Part shown: one piece after another, positions 39,460 to 49,109 of the stretch
Layout: the number at the start of each line of letters is the position of its first letter
How positions within the stretch are numbered: position 1 is the stretch's first letter
Sequence record: MH383160.1
Direction: 5' to 3' (one strand)
Length of the DNA stretch: 64,000 bases
The notes under the pieces: model-generated
What the model saw: only the letters and a program-made list of their open reading frames with translations
What the model was told of the DNA's origin: nothing
Databases searched by the model: none
Program-made: the position numbers and the translations under genes

Positions 39460-39973
39460 CGATGTTCATCGCCAATAAGTTAATATACAAATTACTGTTA
39501 AATGCTATCTGCAATTCCATATAGAACTGAATGATAGCATAGTCAGGGTCAGTACACGATAGTTGAAAGCACTGTTCTTCAAATGAATTGTAATTGTACT
39601 TAGGGATGTGAATTTCACGCTTCAAATCAGGTTGACCCCACTTCATCGCGTACACACCAATGTTATTGTTCTTTTTCCTTTTCTTAAATGTTAATTGTTG
39701 AATATTTCCTGCGTCATCCAGGAAAATAGTATTATTCGACACAGGTGCACCAATAGAAAACAATGATGTATCAATTACGTGTGTCGCACGCACCTCACAC
39801 TTCTGGAATGCCCCAGTACCCTGTAATACATAATGAAAATTGTACTTCTCATTAACAACAGTACTAGGATCGATTAAACCAGTACTGCATTTTTTGAGTA
39901 CTGGTACAATGGTGCGAATCTTTTTTGATAAATCTTGTAATGCATCAAAGTCATTGATGTTAACTTTCATCAC
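39437..39973 (-). CDS. family A (FQ-module) protein
   Basis: FEEQCFQLSCTD. Confidence 0.75.
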   Translation of the reverse strand: MMKVNINDFDALQDLSKKIRTIVPVLKKCSTGLIDPSTVVNEKYNFHYVLQGTGAFQKCEVRATHVIDTSLFSIGAPVSNNTIFLDDAGNIQQLTFKKRKKNNNIGVYAMKWGQPDLKREIHIPKYNYNSFEEQCFQLSCTDPDYAIIQFYMELQIAFNSNLYINLLAMNIDEVFKNI

Positions 39974-40419
39974 TCGAATGTAGCCTCTTCAGTAGTAACA
40001 AAATTGGTTAGTGTATCCAGTTCAGCAGTGTCAAGATAAAATACATCTAGTACAGATTTCTGATATATTACACTGAATGTGCATAGATTGTCAAGTGTTC
40101 CTTGTTCATAAACAGTACTACCCTGGAAGTACCCTTCTTCAGTACTCAGGGATAAAATATCTGAAATTTTAAAAGATTCTTCAGTTGCATGTCTTTCTAT
40201 ATTAACTATATTGCCGTTTCGGTTCAATGAAATATAATCGTATGCTAACTCAATTAGACTATAATTATCCGCATTAGTGTCAAATAAAGCGACAATTTTT
40301 CGTCTCAATCTCTCATCGTGATCATGGTTTTCATCAGCTAAGTATTCAGGATTTTCTTTGAAGAATTTAACGACGCGTAGAATATCATTTGCTTTCTTGA
40401 TTGCACTTTCGTAACTCAT
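39970..40419 (-). CDS. family A (FQ-module) protein
   Basis: TEEGYFQGSTVY. Confidence 0.75.
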   Translation of the reverse strand: MSYESAIKKANDILRVVKFFKENPEYLADENHDHDERLRRKIVALFDTNADNYSLIELAYDYISLNRNGNIVNIERHATEESFKISDILSLSTEEGYFQGSTVYEQGTLDNLCTFSVIYQKSVLDVFYLDTAELDTLTNFVTTEEATFE

Positions 40420-40724
40420 AATAATTCAACCACTCCATCTCTAAAGTACATATAACTACCACCATTGGATACTGTGAATTCTATTGTCCCCAATAATATA
40501 TTATATTTTTTTATTTCACATGTAGTACTTGTAGTGTAAGGCTCACCATCTCCTAAGTACATTGACATATGACATAGAACTTTTCTACCAGCATATTTCT
40601 CTTCAAACGATTGTTCAAAACTATGCATAATTTGATTTAAAGCTGAAATGTAATTAATAAAGTCAGGTATTTCTGTCAATGAATTATAAACCGTACAAAG
40701 TGAATCAAATTCATTTTTAGTCAT
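40416..40724 (-). CDS. family C small protein
   Basis: EEKYAGRKVLC motif. Confidence 0.7.
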   Translation of the reverse strand: MTKNEFDSLCTVYNSLTEIPDFINYISALNQIMHSFEQSFEEKYAGRKVLCHMSMYLGDGEPYTTSTTCEIKKYNILLGTIEFTVSNGGSYMYFRDGVVELL

Positions 40725-41038
40725 TATATTTCTATCTCAATGTAATCCTGTGTGATTAAATAATCCCAATGATACTTCACCTGCTTTTGTAATTCAATTA
40801 ACGTAAAGAAGTTGATCGATTTATCCCATACGAGCGATTCCTGGAAAATAAATGATTCATGTTCATCGTAATAATCACACTCTAAAAAATCAGGTATATA
40901 TTCACTATCGTGAATGTATTCAACAAACGAACTAGCTTGGCATTTCTTTACTACTAGTAATAATGAATTATCATGATCAAACAGATACAATAAACTAATT
41001 TCACCAGGGACGTACTGAACACTGAATAAGTTTTTCAT
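40724..41038 (-). CDS. family A short-type protein
   Basis: HESFIFQESLVWD. Confidence 0.75.
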   Translation of the reverse strand: MKNLFSVQYVPGEISLLYLFDHDNSLLLVVKKCQASSFVEYIHDSEYIPDFLECDYYDEHESFIFQESLVWDKSINFFTLIELQKQVKYHWDYLITQDYIEIEI

Positions 41039-41487
41039 TCTATACCTTCTGGATCTTTACGAAGTTCTTCGAAATCCAAATAAAATCGAGGACAGTTAAC
41101 ACTCTTTAAGTACCACATAATAACTAATGCTTCAAGTACTTCATCATCGTAAACAGTACTGTTTTGGAAGTAATACTCTTCACTATCCCACGGACCTTCC
41201 AGTACTTCATAATTCAAAATTAATGGTTTTTTGCGATTAATAAAACGAATGCTACCATTTTCAACATAACTAATAAATTCTGCATCTCTATTGTATTCAG
41301 AAAACGATATAGGACTATTGGAATTCAACCCAAGAATAACCCTTACACCAACGGAGTTATTATACATTTCATCCTTGTAGTAGTTGCCGTTCTCGGCTTT
41401 GTACACTTCTTTGAACTTTCCTGCCTTTATATCGTCAAAGTATCCATGTAGTTCTTTTGCTTTTTCAAGAGCACTTTGTAATGACAT
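41035..41487 (-). CDS. family A, MSL clade
   Basis: MSLQSALEKAK...GPWDSEEYYFQNSTVYD. Confidence 0.8.
   Translation of the reverse strand: MSLQSALEKAKELHGYFDDIKAGKFKEVYKAENGNYYKDEMYNNSVGVRVILGLNSNSPISFSEYNRDAEFISYVENGSIRFINRKKPLILNYEVLEGPWDSEEYYFQNSTVYDDEVLEALVIMWYLKSVNCPRFYLDFEELRKDPEGIE
41164..41209. repeat. 46-bp perfect direct repeat, second copy 43003-43048
   Basis: TTGGAAGTAATACTCTTCACTATCCCACGGACCTTCCAGTACTTCA at both sites, encoding the family A motif. Confidence 0.9.
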
Positions 41488-41953
41488 TACCTTCTCCTAC
41501 AGTATTCTCTACATATTCATAATCAAAATAGAAACTACTGGAGTCAATACTTTTGAAATACCACATAATTACAATAACATCTAATTCTTCTTCATTGTAC
41601 AACGTACTATTCTGGAAGTAATATTCTTCACTATCCCACGGTCCTTCCAGTACTGAATAAGGAATGATAGTGTCATCAGCATCACTATCTGTGTTGTAGA
41701 TGGTAATATCTTCATTACGGCAATAACTAATGTACTGATTGTACATATGATATTCACAGTTATCACTGTCACCAGTATCAGTGTGCAGTACTAATGTTTC
41801 TGCACATATCTCGGACTCGTCATAATCGTCACGGTCTTTTACAAAAAATTCAGTATCAGATGTTTTATACACCCCAGGTACTGAACCTTCCTGTACCATA
41901 ATCATGTACTCATGAATCTTCTTTGCTTCTTTCAATGCACTTTGTAACGACAT
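41465..41953 (-). CDS. family A, MSL clade
   Basis: MSLQSALKEAK...GPWDSEEYYFQNSTLYN. Confidence 0.8.
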   Translation of the reverse strand: MSLQSALKEAKKIHEYMIMVQEGSVPGVYKTSDTEFFVKDRDDYDESEICAETLVLHTDTGDSDNCEYHMYNQYISYCRNEDITIYNTDSDADDTIIPYSVLEGPWDSEEYYFQNSTLYNEEELDVIVIMWYFKSIDSSSFYFDYEYVENTVGEGNVITKCS

Positions 41954-42396
41954 TACAAATCCCCTGTACTTAAATATTCACATGCTCCCCAGTCAAGAAA
42001 AAATGGTTCAAACTTCAATTCCTTAAAGTACCACAAAACAACCAAGGAATCAAGCATTTCTTGGTTAAAAATAAGACTCTGTTGGAAGTAATACTCTTCA
42101 GTACCCCACGGGCCATCAAGTACCCCGAAGTCAACAGGTGTATTTGATGTGTCAAACGTAATCTTAGTACCTGGAATATATACAAAAAAACTAGTATATT
42201 GACTACATGAAGAGTACTGTATAGTATTGTCTTTATCCTGTCCCATAAGTAAAATATCATCAGAGTATGTCTTTATACCTGATAGATAATACTCATCACC
42301 AAATGCACTTACTTTATCACCATAGAACCCACTTTTTATGTTATCGTGGAAGTGATGTATTCTGTGTGCTAGTTCAAGTGCACTTGCTAAACTCAT
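41953..42396 (-). CDS. family A, MSL clade
   Basis: MSLASALELAH...GPWGTEEYYFQQSLIF. Confidence 0.8.
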   Translation of the reverse strand: MSLASALELAHRIHHFHDNIKSGFYGDKVSAFGDEYYLSGIKTYSDDILLMGQDKDNTIQYSSCSQYTSFFVYIPGTKITFDTSNTPVDFGVLDGPWGTEEYYFQQSLIFNQEMLDSLVVLWYFKELKFEPFFLDWGACEYLSTGDL

Positions 42397-42863
42397 ATAT
42401 CCTCTTTAATAACTCGTAGTAGATCCAAGTCCAAATAGAAGCTAGGACAATCTGTATTATTAAAGTACCACAGAATGACAAGCTTGTCAAGTACATCTTC
42501 CTCGTAGATAGTATTCTGCTGGAAGTAGTACTCTTCACTTCCCCAGTCATTATCCAGTACTGAATACGGAAGATGTTTCTCTGCTGCACCAGATATAATG
42601 TCAGAATCTTGTATTAAAATATCAGCATCACGACAGAAGTACATGTAATTATCTTCCAAATTAACATCACACCCATTGAGTGTTGTTTCAGAAGAATCTA
42701 AGTTTTCTTCATACATGTGAATGTACTCACTACTGTCATCGTATCTCATTCGACAATAAGATTTACCTTCCTTGAATAGATATCCATTAAGACAATTTGC
42801 TACAATTTCTTTGCTGCATAAATCAATTAACTTCGCAATCTCTAATGCTCTTTCTAAACTCAT
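42393..42863 (-). CDS. family A, MSL clade
   Basis: MSLERALEIAK...DWGSEEYYFQQNTIY. Confidence 0.8.
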   Translation of the reverse strand: MSLERALEIAKLIDLCSKEIVANCLNGYLFKEGKSYCRMRYDDSSEYIHMYEENLDSSETTLNGCDVNLEDNYMYFCRDADILIQDSDIISGAAEKHLPYSVLDNDWGSEEYYFQQNTIYEEDVLDKLVILWYFNNTDCPSFYLDLDLLRVIKEDI

Positions 42864-42864
42864 T

Positions 42865-43356
42865 TCAACCCCTGTTAATACCGTTATCTACAGTTTTCTT
42901 TACGTATTTGTAATCGAAATAGAAGTTCCCAGAACCAATACTTTTAAAGTACCACATAATTATAATAACATCAAGTACTTCATTATCATATACAGTACTT
43001 TGTTGGAAGTAATACTCTTCACTATCCCACGGACCTTCCAGTACTTCACTCGGAATTATAATGTCATTGGAATCGCTGTCAGTACTGTTGATGGTATCTG
43101 TATCATTAATATAGACCATGTACTCATTATGCATATTAATGAAGCATTCATAATCATTAGGGTCGGTATCTAGTATGCACGTTTCTGTATCCAGTACGCA
43201 CGTTTCTGTATCTGAGCAGTCATTATAAAGGAGGTTATCCGGTACATAATATTGAGTACTTGTGTCTTTGAAAACACCGTAAACTGAACCTTCTTTTGCC
43301 ATATTCATGTACTCATGAATCTTCTTTGCTTTTTCCAATGAACTCTGTAATGTCAT
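42865..43356 (-). CDS. family A, MSL clade
   Basis: MTLQSSLEKAK...GPWDSEEYYFQQSTVYD. Confidence 0.8.
   Translation of the reverse strand: MTLQSSLEKAKKIHEYMNMAKEGSVYGVFKDTSTQYYVPDNLLYNDCSDTETCVLDTETCILDTDPNDYECFINMHNEYMVYINDTDTINSTDSDSNDIIIPSEVLEGPWDSEEYYFQQSTVYDNEVLDVIIIMWYFKSIGSGNFYFDYKYVKKTVDNGINRG
43171..43212. repeat. 21-bp tandem duplication (7 codons, ETCVLDT/ETCILDT)
   Basis: TAGTATGCACGTTTCTGTATC CAGTACGCACGTTTCTGTATC. Confidence 0.85.
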
Positions 43357-43365
43357 TTTATAATC

Positions 43366-43725
43366 TCATATATTGAAATAATAATTATTCGTTCTTGATG
43401 GGGATGGATTAAATACGTTTTCTTTTTCAAATCTCTTCATTTCATTTTGCAAAGAAACCATTTCTTCAAATGTACAGGAGTACTTATTCTTATCAAACAC
43501 TAATGCAGCCTGAAATAGTTCGCCATCGTCCAGTACTGTATAATCTATAAGACTCTCAGATTCATAGTCATAGTCGTCATGTGATACATGAATAAATTTA
43601 AAACAAGAATCTTTGTAATGCATATATAAACTCAACTCATGTTCCGAGTCGCCCTTAATAAGATTACAGCACAAGTCCCATCCTTTAGGTAACTTATAAT
43701 AGTACATAGAATAATCATATGTCAT
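43366..43725 (-). CDS. family A short-type protein
   Basis: DYTVLDDGELFQAALVFD. Confidence 0.8.
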   Translation of the reverse strand: MTYDYSMYYYKLPKGWDLCCNLIKGDSEHELSLYMHYKDSCFKFIHVSHDDYDYESESLIDYTVLDDGELFQAALVFDKNKYSCTFEEMVSLQNEMKRFEKENVFNPSPSRTNNYYFNI

Positions 43726-44081
43726 TCTTGAATTCCTAAATTGAATTTGTATTCTTGATTAATACTTGCATTGGGTTTATGCAAAGCAGCATACTCTTTC
43801 ATTTCATTTTGTATTGCAATAACTTCTTCAAATGTACACAAGTACTTCTTATCAAATACTAATGATTCTTGGAATAGTTCTGCGGTATCCATTAATGTAT
43901 AGTCCGGCATATCTTGGTGTGGATACTGTAATGAACTGTAATCAATGAATGTAAATTTACCCTGAGTGTAATGAATATACTCATTCGCACTGTGCATTAA
44001 ATCACCTTTGTTTAAATTACAAAAGTACTGATAACTGTGCTTGAAAGTATGTACTGATATTAAAAAATCAAATTCCATCAC
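43722..44081 (-). CDS. family A short-type protein
   Basis: PDYTLMDTAELFQESLVFD. Confidence 0.8.
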   Translation of the reverse strand: MMEFDFLISVHTFKHSYQYFCNLNKGDLMHSANEYIHYTQGKFTFIDYSSLQYPHQDMPDYTLMDTAELFQESLVFDKKYLCTFEEVIAIQNEMKEYAALHKPNASINQEYKFNLGIQE

Positions 44082-44455
44082 TCTTCTCCTAGATTAAAAA
44101 ATTTCCAGAAATCGGCCTCACCAGTACTGCACCAGATATCTATACATTCCCTGTGAATACATTTAATTCTACGCTGTAATTCAATCATCTCTTCTAATGT
44201 ACAGATGTACTTCTTATCAAATACTAATGCCTCCTGGAACAGTGCAGCATCATCAAGTACTGTATAGTCCGGCATCTCGATAGATATCCCATGAAACCCA
44301 GTACTAAAATCCATCAAATAAAAGTCAGCATTCCAGTACTTTAAAATCTTGTCCCTAGCGTAGTTTAAATCACCCTTGTATAAGTTAGAGTGCGTAACTA
44401 ACTCACCAGTGTACATCCATGTCCTTGCACAAAATTCATTATATTTTATTTCCAT
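44078..44455 (-). CDS. family A short-type protein (start re-assigned to MEIKY)
   Basis: PDYTVLDDAALFQEALVFD. Confidence 0.8.
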   Translation of the reverse strand: MEIKYNEFCARTWMYTGELVTHSNLYKGDLNYARDKILKYWNADFYLMDFSTGFHGISIEMPDYTVLDDAALFQEALVFDKKYICTLEEMIELQRRIKCIHRECIDIWCSTGEADFWKFFNLGEE

Positions 44456-44565
44456 CTTAATCTCTACTATAATTAATAAGGTAAACTCCAATATAAGGAG
44501 CACGTTGCGGGGGCGGGGTATTTTTTGTTTCAGGAAACATGAACTGTACTCTGAAAAACACAATA

Positions 44566-44620
44566 NNNNNNNNNNNNNNNNNNNNNNNNNNNNNNNNNNN
44601 NNNNNNNNNNNNNNNNNNNN
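44566..44620. other. assembly gap, 55 N
   Basis: Run of N flanked by G-rich and C-rich tracts. Confidence 0.99.
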
Positions 44621-44652
44621 ACCCCCCTGCGGCCTGTAAAAATGAAACGTCT

Positions 44653-44862
44653 CTATTTATTCAGCCTAGAAAGCTTGATTTCTTCAATCCTTTTCATCGC
44701 ACAAAGCCTTCGACTCGTCATCTCGTATAAATTCAATACTCGGTGTACCGTATTATCTACACTCTGAACCAAATATGTATCCTTCAAAATCAAATCCATC
44801 ATGTATTCAAAACCCTTAATACTATGCGAACTTAACACTTCCGGCTCTTCAAACGTAATCAT
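44653..44862 (-). CDS. small hypothetical protein
   Basis: 69 aa ORF. Confidence 0.55.
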   Translation of the reverse strand: MITFEEPEVLSSHSIKGFEYMMDLILKDTYLVQSVDNTVHRVLNLYEMTSRRLCAMKRIEEIKLSRLNK

Positions 44863-45079
44863 AATTCCAATCCCCTATCCCATCTAACCTTCTAAGATAT
44901 CTTGCGTAAATTATTTCGAAATATCTGTGCAACGAAATTACGGATTGCTCATAATCATCATTCCTGTACATTGTGCATGTAAGAAAATCATTTAACCCAA
45001 AATCTAAACTGCACTTGAACTTCTCCTTTGCAATATCACTATTACTTGCACTTTTCATAATAAACCCTTTGTACCGCAT
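44849..45079 (-). CDS. small hypothetical protein
   Basis: 76 aa ORF, start uncertain. Confidence 0.55.
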   Translation of the reverse strand: MRYKGFIMKSASNSDIAKEKFKCSLDFGLNDFLTCTMYRNDDYEQSVISLHRYFEIIYARYLRRLDGIGDWNYDYV

Positions 45080-45218
45080 TGGTGTACTGTGAACTCAGCA
45101 CCACTAATAGGTAATCTATATTGTAAGCACGATTTCCTCGTTGACTAGCACGGCTGGAATAAAGAATATTATCCACATATGTATTGAACTGATCTTCAAA
45201 TAACTCTTTCATCAGCAT
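45042..45218 (-). CDS. 58 aa hypothetical protein (not in ORF track)
   Basis: Manual translation MLMKELFEDQFNTYVDNILYSSRASQRGNRAYNIDYLLVVLSSQYTNAVQRVYYEKCK; fills operon gap. Confidence 0.55.
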   Translation of the reverse strand: MLMKELFEDQFNTYVDNILYSSRASQRGNRAYNIDYLLVVLSSQYTNAVQRVYYEKCK

Positions 45219-45233
45219 TATCCCATCACATAA

Positions 45234-45857
45234 TCATACATTAACAACTTTATCGATGTAATCTTCTAACATATCAATATATCTGGTATTGGTTCTAACT
45301 AAAAGGTATGCAAATCCAGAGAACTCATGTGTATAATGCTTTACAGCGTACATACAACGAAGCTTATCATTGTCATACATTGTACTGTACTGAAACAAAC
45401 TCTCGTCTGATAGCTCTAATAACGCTTGGGCTTCACTTCTCGTGAACTTCATAGGGTCATGTACTGCATCACAAAAACAAACCTGTGTCTCGCTATTGAA
45501 ACCCTGTGATAGATATATACCTTCACACTCTGAACGCACCGATACTGCATTATAACTATGTGTTGCCCCCATCATATCTGAACTCAAAACTAAAATCAAC
45601 CCATTTTTATTTTTAATCAACAAATCTGACTTAAGGGATTTGATCTCCGTATGGGAAATATCACCAAATCTTCCTGGGACTTCAAACTTATCAACGTTGT
45701 ATACAATCTTTTGTACTTGCTCTTTTAAACGCTTAATTGCACTTCTGTCTTTTTCTAATGTATCTAATAAACTCATTGAACTCATTGTGCTTTCCTTACA
45801 TATTTGTACCGAACAAAACGGAACTTTGAATGCCATTAATCGACACTTCATGTACAT
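45234..45857 (-). CDS. family A (FQ-module) protein
   Basis: SDESLFQYSTMYD. Confidence 0.75.
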   Translation of the reverse strand: MYMKCRLMAFKVPFCSVQICKESTMSSMSLLDTLEKDRSAIKRLKEQVQKIVYNVDKFEVPGRFGDISHTEIKSLKSDLLIKNKNGLILVLSSDMMGATHSYNAVSVRSECEGIYLSQGFNSETQVCFCDAVHDPMKFTRSEAQALLELSDESLFQYSTMYDNDKLRCMYAVKHYTHEFSGFAYLLVRTNTRYIDMLEDYIDKVVNV

Positions 45858-46140
45858 ATATATTTTGTCTGAACAAAGGAACTAATTGAACTAAACTCGT
45901 TTGCATAATAATATGCATATGTACATTGTCATATGCCGTTTCGTATTGGAAACGTGCAGCTTCATCTTCTATGAAATTCGGAACTTGGACTGGATTCTCA
46001 AAATTTGTCCTTGTACTGAACTGTACATCATTGTCCTGTACCTTAATACCATATGAATTATCATTGTTATCAACTACATCAAATTCAATTAAACTACCAT
46101 CTTTACTGACGTTTACTATATAAACCGAAAATCGACTCAT
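45796..46140 (-). CDS. family A (FQ-module) protein
   Basis: DEAARFQYETAYD. Confidence 0.7.
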   Translation of the reverse strand: MSRFSVYIVNVSKDGSLIEFDVVDNNDNSYGIKVQDNDVQFSTRTNFENPVQVPNFIEDEAARFQYETAYDNVHMHIIMQTSLVQLVPLFRQNIYVHEVSINGIQSSVLFGTNM

Positions 46141-46685
46141 AAACCTATTTCCTCTAAATCTTTGACAAATGTATCATAATCCGATAATGACAAAAATATG
46201 TCTGTACTGATGTTTTGACGTAATGTATTAAACAAATTATGTACCTGTAATAAATCAGGTGCATAAATCAGGGATTGCTGGAAATACGATTCTTCTGTAT
46301 CTAATATATCCCTGCACTCAATTTCACGAACTCGTTGGTATATTGAATTTAATAATACATTTTCATCTTTGAGCATTGGAAGGTATCGGATGTACATGTG
46401 CTCCATCAACTCATCCTGGATTGAACCCCTGAACTGCAACACGTATTCAAAACACATCACTACATCTTGTAGGTAATTGGCACTGTAATTATTGCTGTAA
46501 ACAATCTTATGACTTCTGAACTCATCATCATTTCTGAACCAATTGTCACCTACTTTGGTGTACTTATGACTAAGCTTCCCATCCTCCAACGCTCGAATGA
46601 ACTTCATAATGTTAATTGCAAAATCATATGAATGATGCTTGTGTTGATGCATTTTTACCTCAATTCTGTCCGAAAAAATAACCAA
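46137..46685 (-). CDS. family A (FQ-module) protein
   Basis: TEESYFQQSLIY. Confidence 0.75.
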   Translation of the reverse strand: MVIFSDRIEVKMHQHKHHSYDFAINIMKFIRALEDGKLSHKYTKVGDNWFRNDDEFRSHKIVYSNNYSANYLQDVVMCFEYVLQFRGSIQDELMEHMYIRYLPMLKDENVLLNSIYQRVREIECRDILDTEESYFQQSLIYAPDLLQVHNLFNTLRQNISTDIFLSLSDYDTFVKDLEEIGL

Positions 46686-46854
46686 AATGTTTAAAGCAAG
46701 AAAGCATTACTATGTTCATCACTCTATCATCAAATTCATCTTGTGTTTCTGCACATAATGTTTCACAGATATTCAAATGTAATAATTCAAGCTGGAAACT
46801 GTCGGTGAACCAATCAAACTTACGGTATTTTTGTTTAACATCAACTGTAAGCAT
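46660..46854 (-). CDS. small hypothetical protein
   Basis: 64 aa ORF in operon context. Confidence 0.55.
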   Translation of the reverse strand: MLTVDVKQKYRKFDWFTDSFQLELLHLNICETLCAETQDEFDDRVMNIVMLSCFKHFGYFFGQN

Positions 46855-46855
46855 A

Positions 46856-47479
46856 CTATATATCCAACCCTTTTACAACATCTACGAAATGTTCAAACAC
46901 TTCTTTTGAAAAATAACCACCTTCACAAAAAAGCATACTAAACGGTGGCAGCATGTCCGATAACTCTTTAGCTAAATTGATTTCTGCTCTTAACTCTTGA
47001 ACATCAATGATATCATGTACTAAAGATAATTGAAACATGAATGCATCTACATCTTCATTCATTTCTGAATTGTAATATAACTCTTCAGGGAATTTGTCGG
47101 TTTCGTAATAATAAAAAACTTTATTGTTGAACACACCACTAATAGGAACATCATTTTCATCTTTCTTTGAAATGTTTGTTTCCCATGACTCTATATTATT
47201 AGGAACAAAAAAATCATAGGCTGACTTTGAACCCTGTACTGAATCCAACTTTATTCCATAATATTCCGTATCCATGTATTTCTGCTGTAATGTAATACCA
47301 CGTGTACTGACATTCACTTGGAATATATCATCTTTATCTGGAACACTAAATGGAATACATAACACTGAATTCTCAGGGTATTTGGCAATGAATGCATCCA
47401 GCACTTTATTAAGCACTGGAATGGCAATTTTACTGTACTGCATCAAATCATACATTTTAATTCTGGTCATATCATTCAC
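46856..47479 (-). CDS. family A (FQ-module) protein
   Basis: VDAFMFQLSLVHD. Confidence 0.75.
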   Translation of the reverse strand: MNDMTRIKMYDLMQYSKIAIPVLNKVLDAFIAKYPENSVLCIPFSVPDKDDIFQVNVSTRGITLQQKYMDTEYYGIKLDSVQGSKSAYDFFVPNNIESWETNISKKDENDVPISGVFNNKVFYYYETDKFPEELYYNSEMNEDVDAFMFQLSLVHDIIDVQELRAEINLAKELSDMLPPFSMLFCEGGYFSKEVFEHFVDVVKGLDI

Positions 47480-48011
47480 CTGTGTATGTTTTCACCCTTA
47501 GCGATTCAAAATCCCATACATCACTGATTGTACCATTGTGCCTGTAATCATAATATTCTACTAATACATTATACAATAACTTCAACGATACAAATTCATG
47601 ATTCCACGGAGCTTTATTGTCATGAACACATTTGGTGATATAAGGTATAATATATAAACTAAACAACACTAATGGTGAATGTATACATTGCATTTGAAAA
47701 TATTCTTCTTCTTGCATACAATGTTCAGGAATAATTAGATCATAATGTGTCTCAAATAAATGTAAACCTATTGTGGTTTTTTTCGTATCACATGCGTACC
47801 ATATTGTACTATCCGAAATAAATGGAATGATACCATTATTGTTTGCAATGTACATCATATGGTAAGAGCGATTTGTCTTGTTAAATATCTCGATACTTTC
47901 GATATTACTACAAATCATGTATTCAAGGCAATCAATGATCTTATCTTTAAATGTACCAATTTCATTGAATGACATTGCTTTCTGTACTTTTGATACTGTT
48001 GTACTGCTCAT
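47472..48011 (-). CDS. family A (FQ-module) protein
   Basis: QEEEYFQMQCIH. Confidence 0.75.
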   Translation of the reverse strand: MSSTTVSKVQKAMSFNEIGTFKDKIIDCLEYMICSNIESIEIFNKTNRSYHMMYIANNNGIIPFISDSTIWYACDTKKTTIGLHLFETHYDLIIPEHCMQEEEYFQMQCIHSPLVLFSLYIIPYITKCVHDNKAPWNHEFVSLKLLYNVLVEYYDYRHNGTISDVWDFESLRVKTYTGE

Positions 48012-48520
48012 ATGTTCTCCTTAAAAAAATCCAAATACTCTTCATTGAAAGCATATGTATCATCTTTTTTGTTATGCACCACATAATCATAAAGAGCTAT
48101 GAATGCAGGGATTATGATCTTACATGATTTATTATTGTATTTGTACTGCTCCAAATCAACGGTGTTCAATTTAGCAATAAGCATAGCAGCAAAGATATCT
48201 TCATGGCGGTGTACTGTGCTGTACTGAAAATACTCATCCTCTCCAATATCGGGATGATATAACGGTATAACCAAATTATTACGAATTGACATTTTATATT
48301 TTTGTAATGCAGCTAAATGCATGAACCACAATCTATCTTCATGGAAAGATGGAAAAATAATTTTGTCTGTGCTAATAAAAATTTCTTCATTTCGATTATT
48401 TGTCACAAGAGGTGCATACATTTTAATTTTTGCAGATTTAATAATTAAATTAAAAATATAATGAATCTTATGAACTGCACTTGATGCATCTTCGTATGTA
48501 CTTGGGATTATGAAACTCAC
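48008..48520 (-). CDS. family A (FQ-module) protein (GTG start after SD AAGGAG)
   Basis: GEDEYFQYSTVH. Confidence 0.75.
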   Translation of the reverse strand: MSFIIPSTYEDASSAVHKIHYIFNLIIKSAKIKMYAPLVTNNRNEEIFISTDKIIFPSFHEDRLWFMHLAALQKYKMSIRNNLVIPLYHPDIGEDEYFQYSTVHRHEDIFAAMLIAKLNTVDLEQYKYNNKSCKIIIPAFIALYDYVVHNKKDDTYAFNEEYLDFFKENI

Positions 48521-48548
48521 TATATGTTCTCCTTTAAAATGAATACAC

Positions 48549-48577
48549 ATGATAACAGCTTTGGTCTTCTATGTCAA
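48549..48577 (-). promoter_or_regulatory. sigma70-type promoter
   Basis: TTGACA-17-TATCAT. Confidence 0.75.
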
Positions 48578-48587
48578 TACCAAAACG

Positions 48588-48624
48588 AAAAAAGCCCATA
48601 TCTTACGATACAGGCGTTATGGGC
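48588..48624 (-). terminator. intrinsic terminator
   Basis: GCCCATA...TATGGGC stem plus T6. Confidence 0.65.
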
Positions 48625-49109
48625 ATGTTGATTTGAATTTCATTGTACAAATCATCAATATATAGACATGAAAAAAATACACTATCTTGTACTATATTGT
48701 TGTGATAAAGCATTTTAAATACTACATAAAAAAATAAATCAATATCATCGTGGACTAAATTCTGCTGGAACCACCACTCGTCTGTTAAATCTTGTGCATT
48801 AAAATCATCAGGAACTTCAATGAACGACATATCACAATCTTCTTTGTACTCAAACCACATGTCGTCATTCGGATAACGTTCATGCTTCTCTGGGTAACAA
48901 TTGCTGGGATTAAATGTTAAAATATTAAACCCCGTAGAGCAACGTTCTTTATTTAAAAATGTATTATTCCATACCTGATATTTTTCACCAACATCAAGCT
49001 CTTCTGTTACTGATTTTATTGCACATAATGTACTGTATATTGTTTCTATCTTGTGAACATATTTAAATGCAGCATCTAAGCTGAACTCTAAATCATACAT
49101 GTACTGCAT
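48603..49109 (-). CDS. family A (FQ-module) protein
   Basis: TDEWWFQQNLVHD. Confidence 0.75.
   Translation of the reverse strand: MQYMYDLEFSLDAAFKYVHKIETIYSTLCAIKSVTEELDVGEKYQVWNNTFLNKERCSTGFNILTFNPSNCYPEKHERYPNDDMWFEYKEDCDMSFIEVPDDFNAQDLTDEWWFQQNLVHDDIDLFFYVVFKMLYHNNIVQDSVFFSCLYIDDLYNEIQINMPITPVS

Noticed and set aside
41164-43048. Template/variable repeat pair of a diversity-generating retroelement
   Set aside because: Copies are identical rather than adenine-mutated, both lie in coding motifs, and there is no reverse transcriptase in the window.
44376-44730. ORFs spanning the N-run and the long N-terminus of 44078..44563
   Set aside because: Artefacts of translating through the gap or intergenic DNA. 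Family alignment supports a start at 44455.
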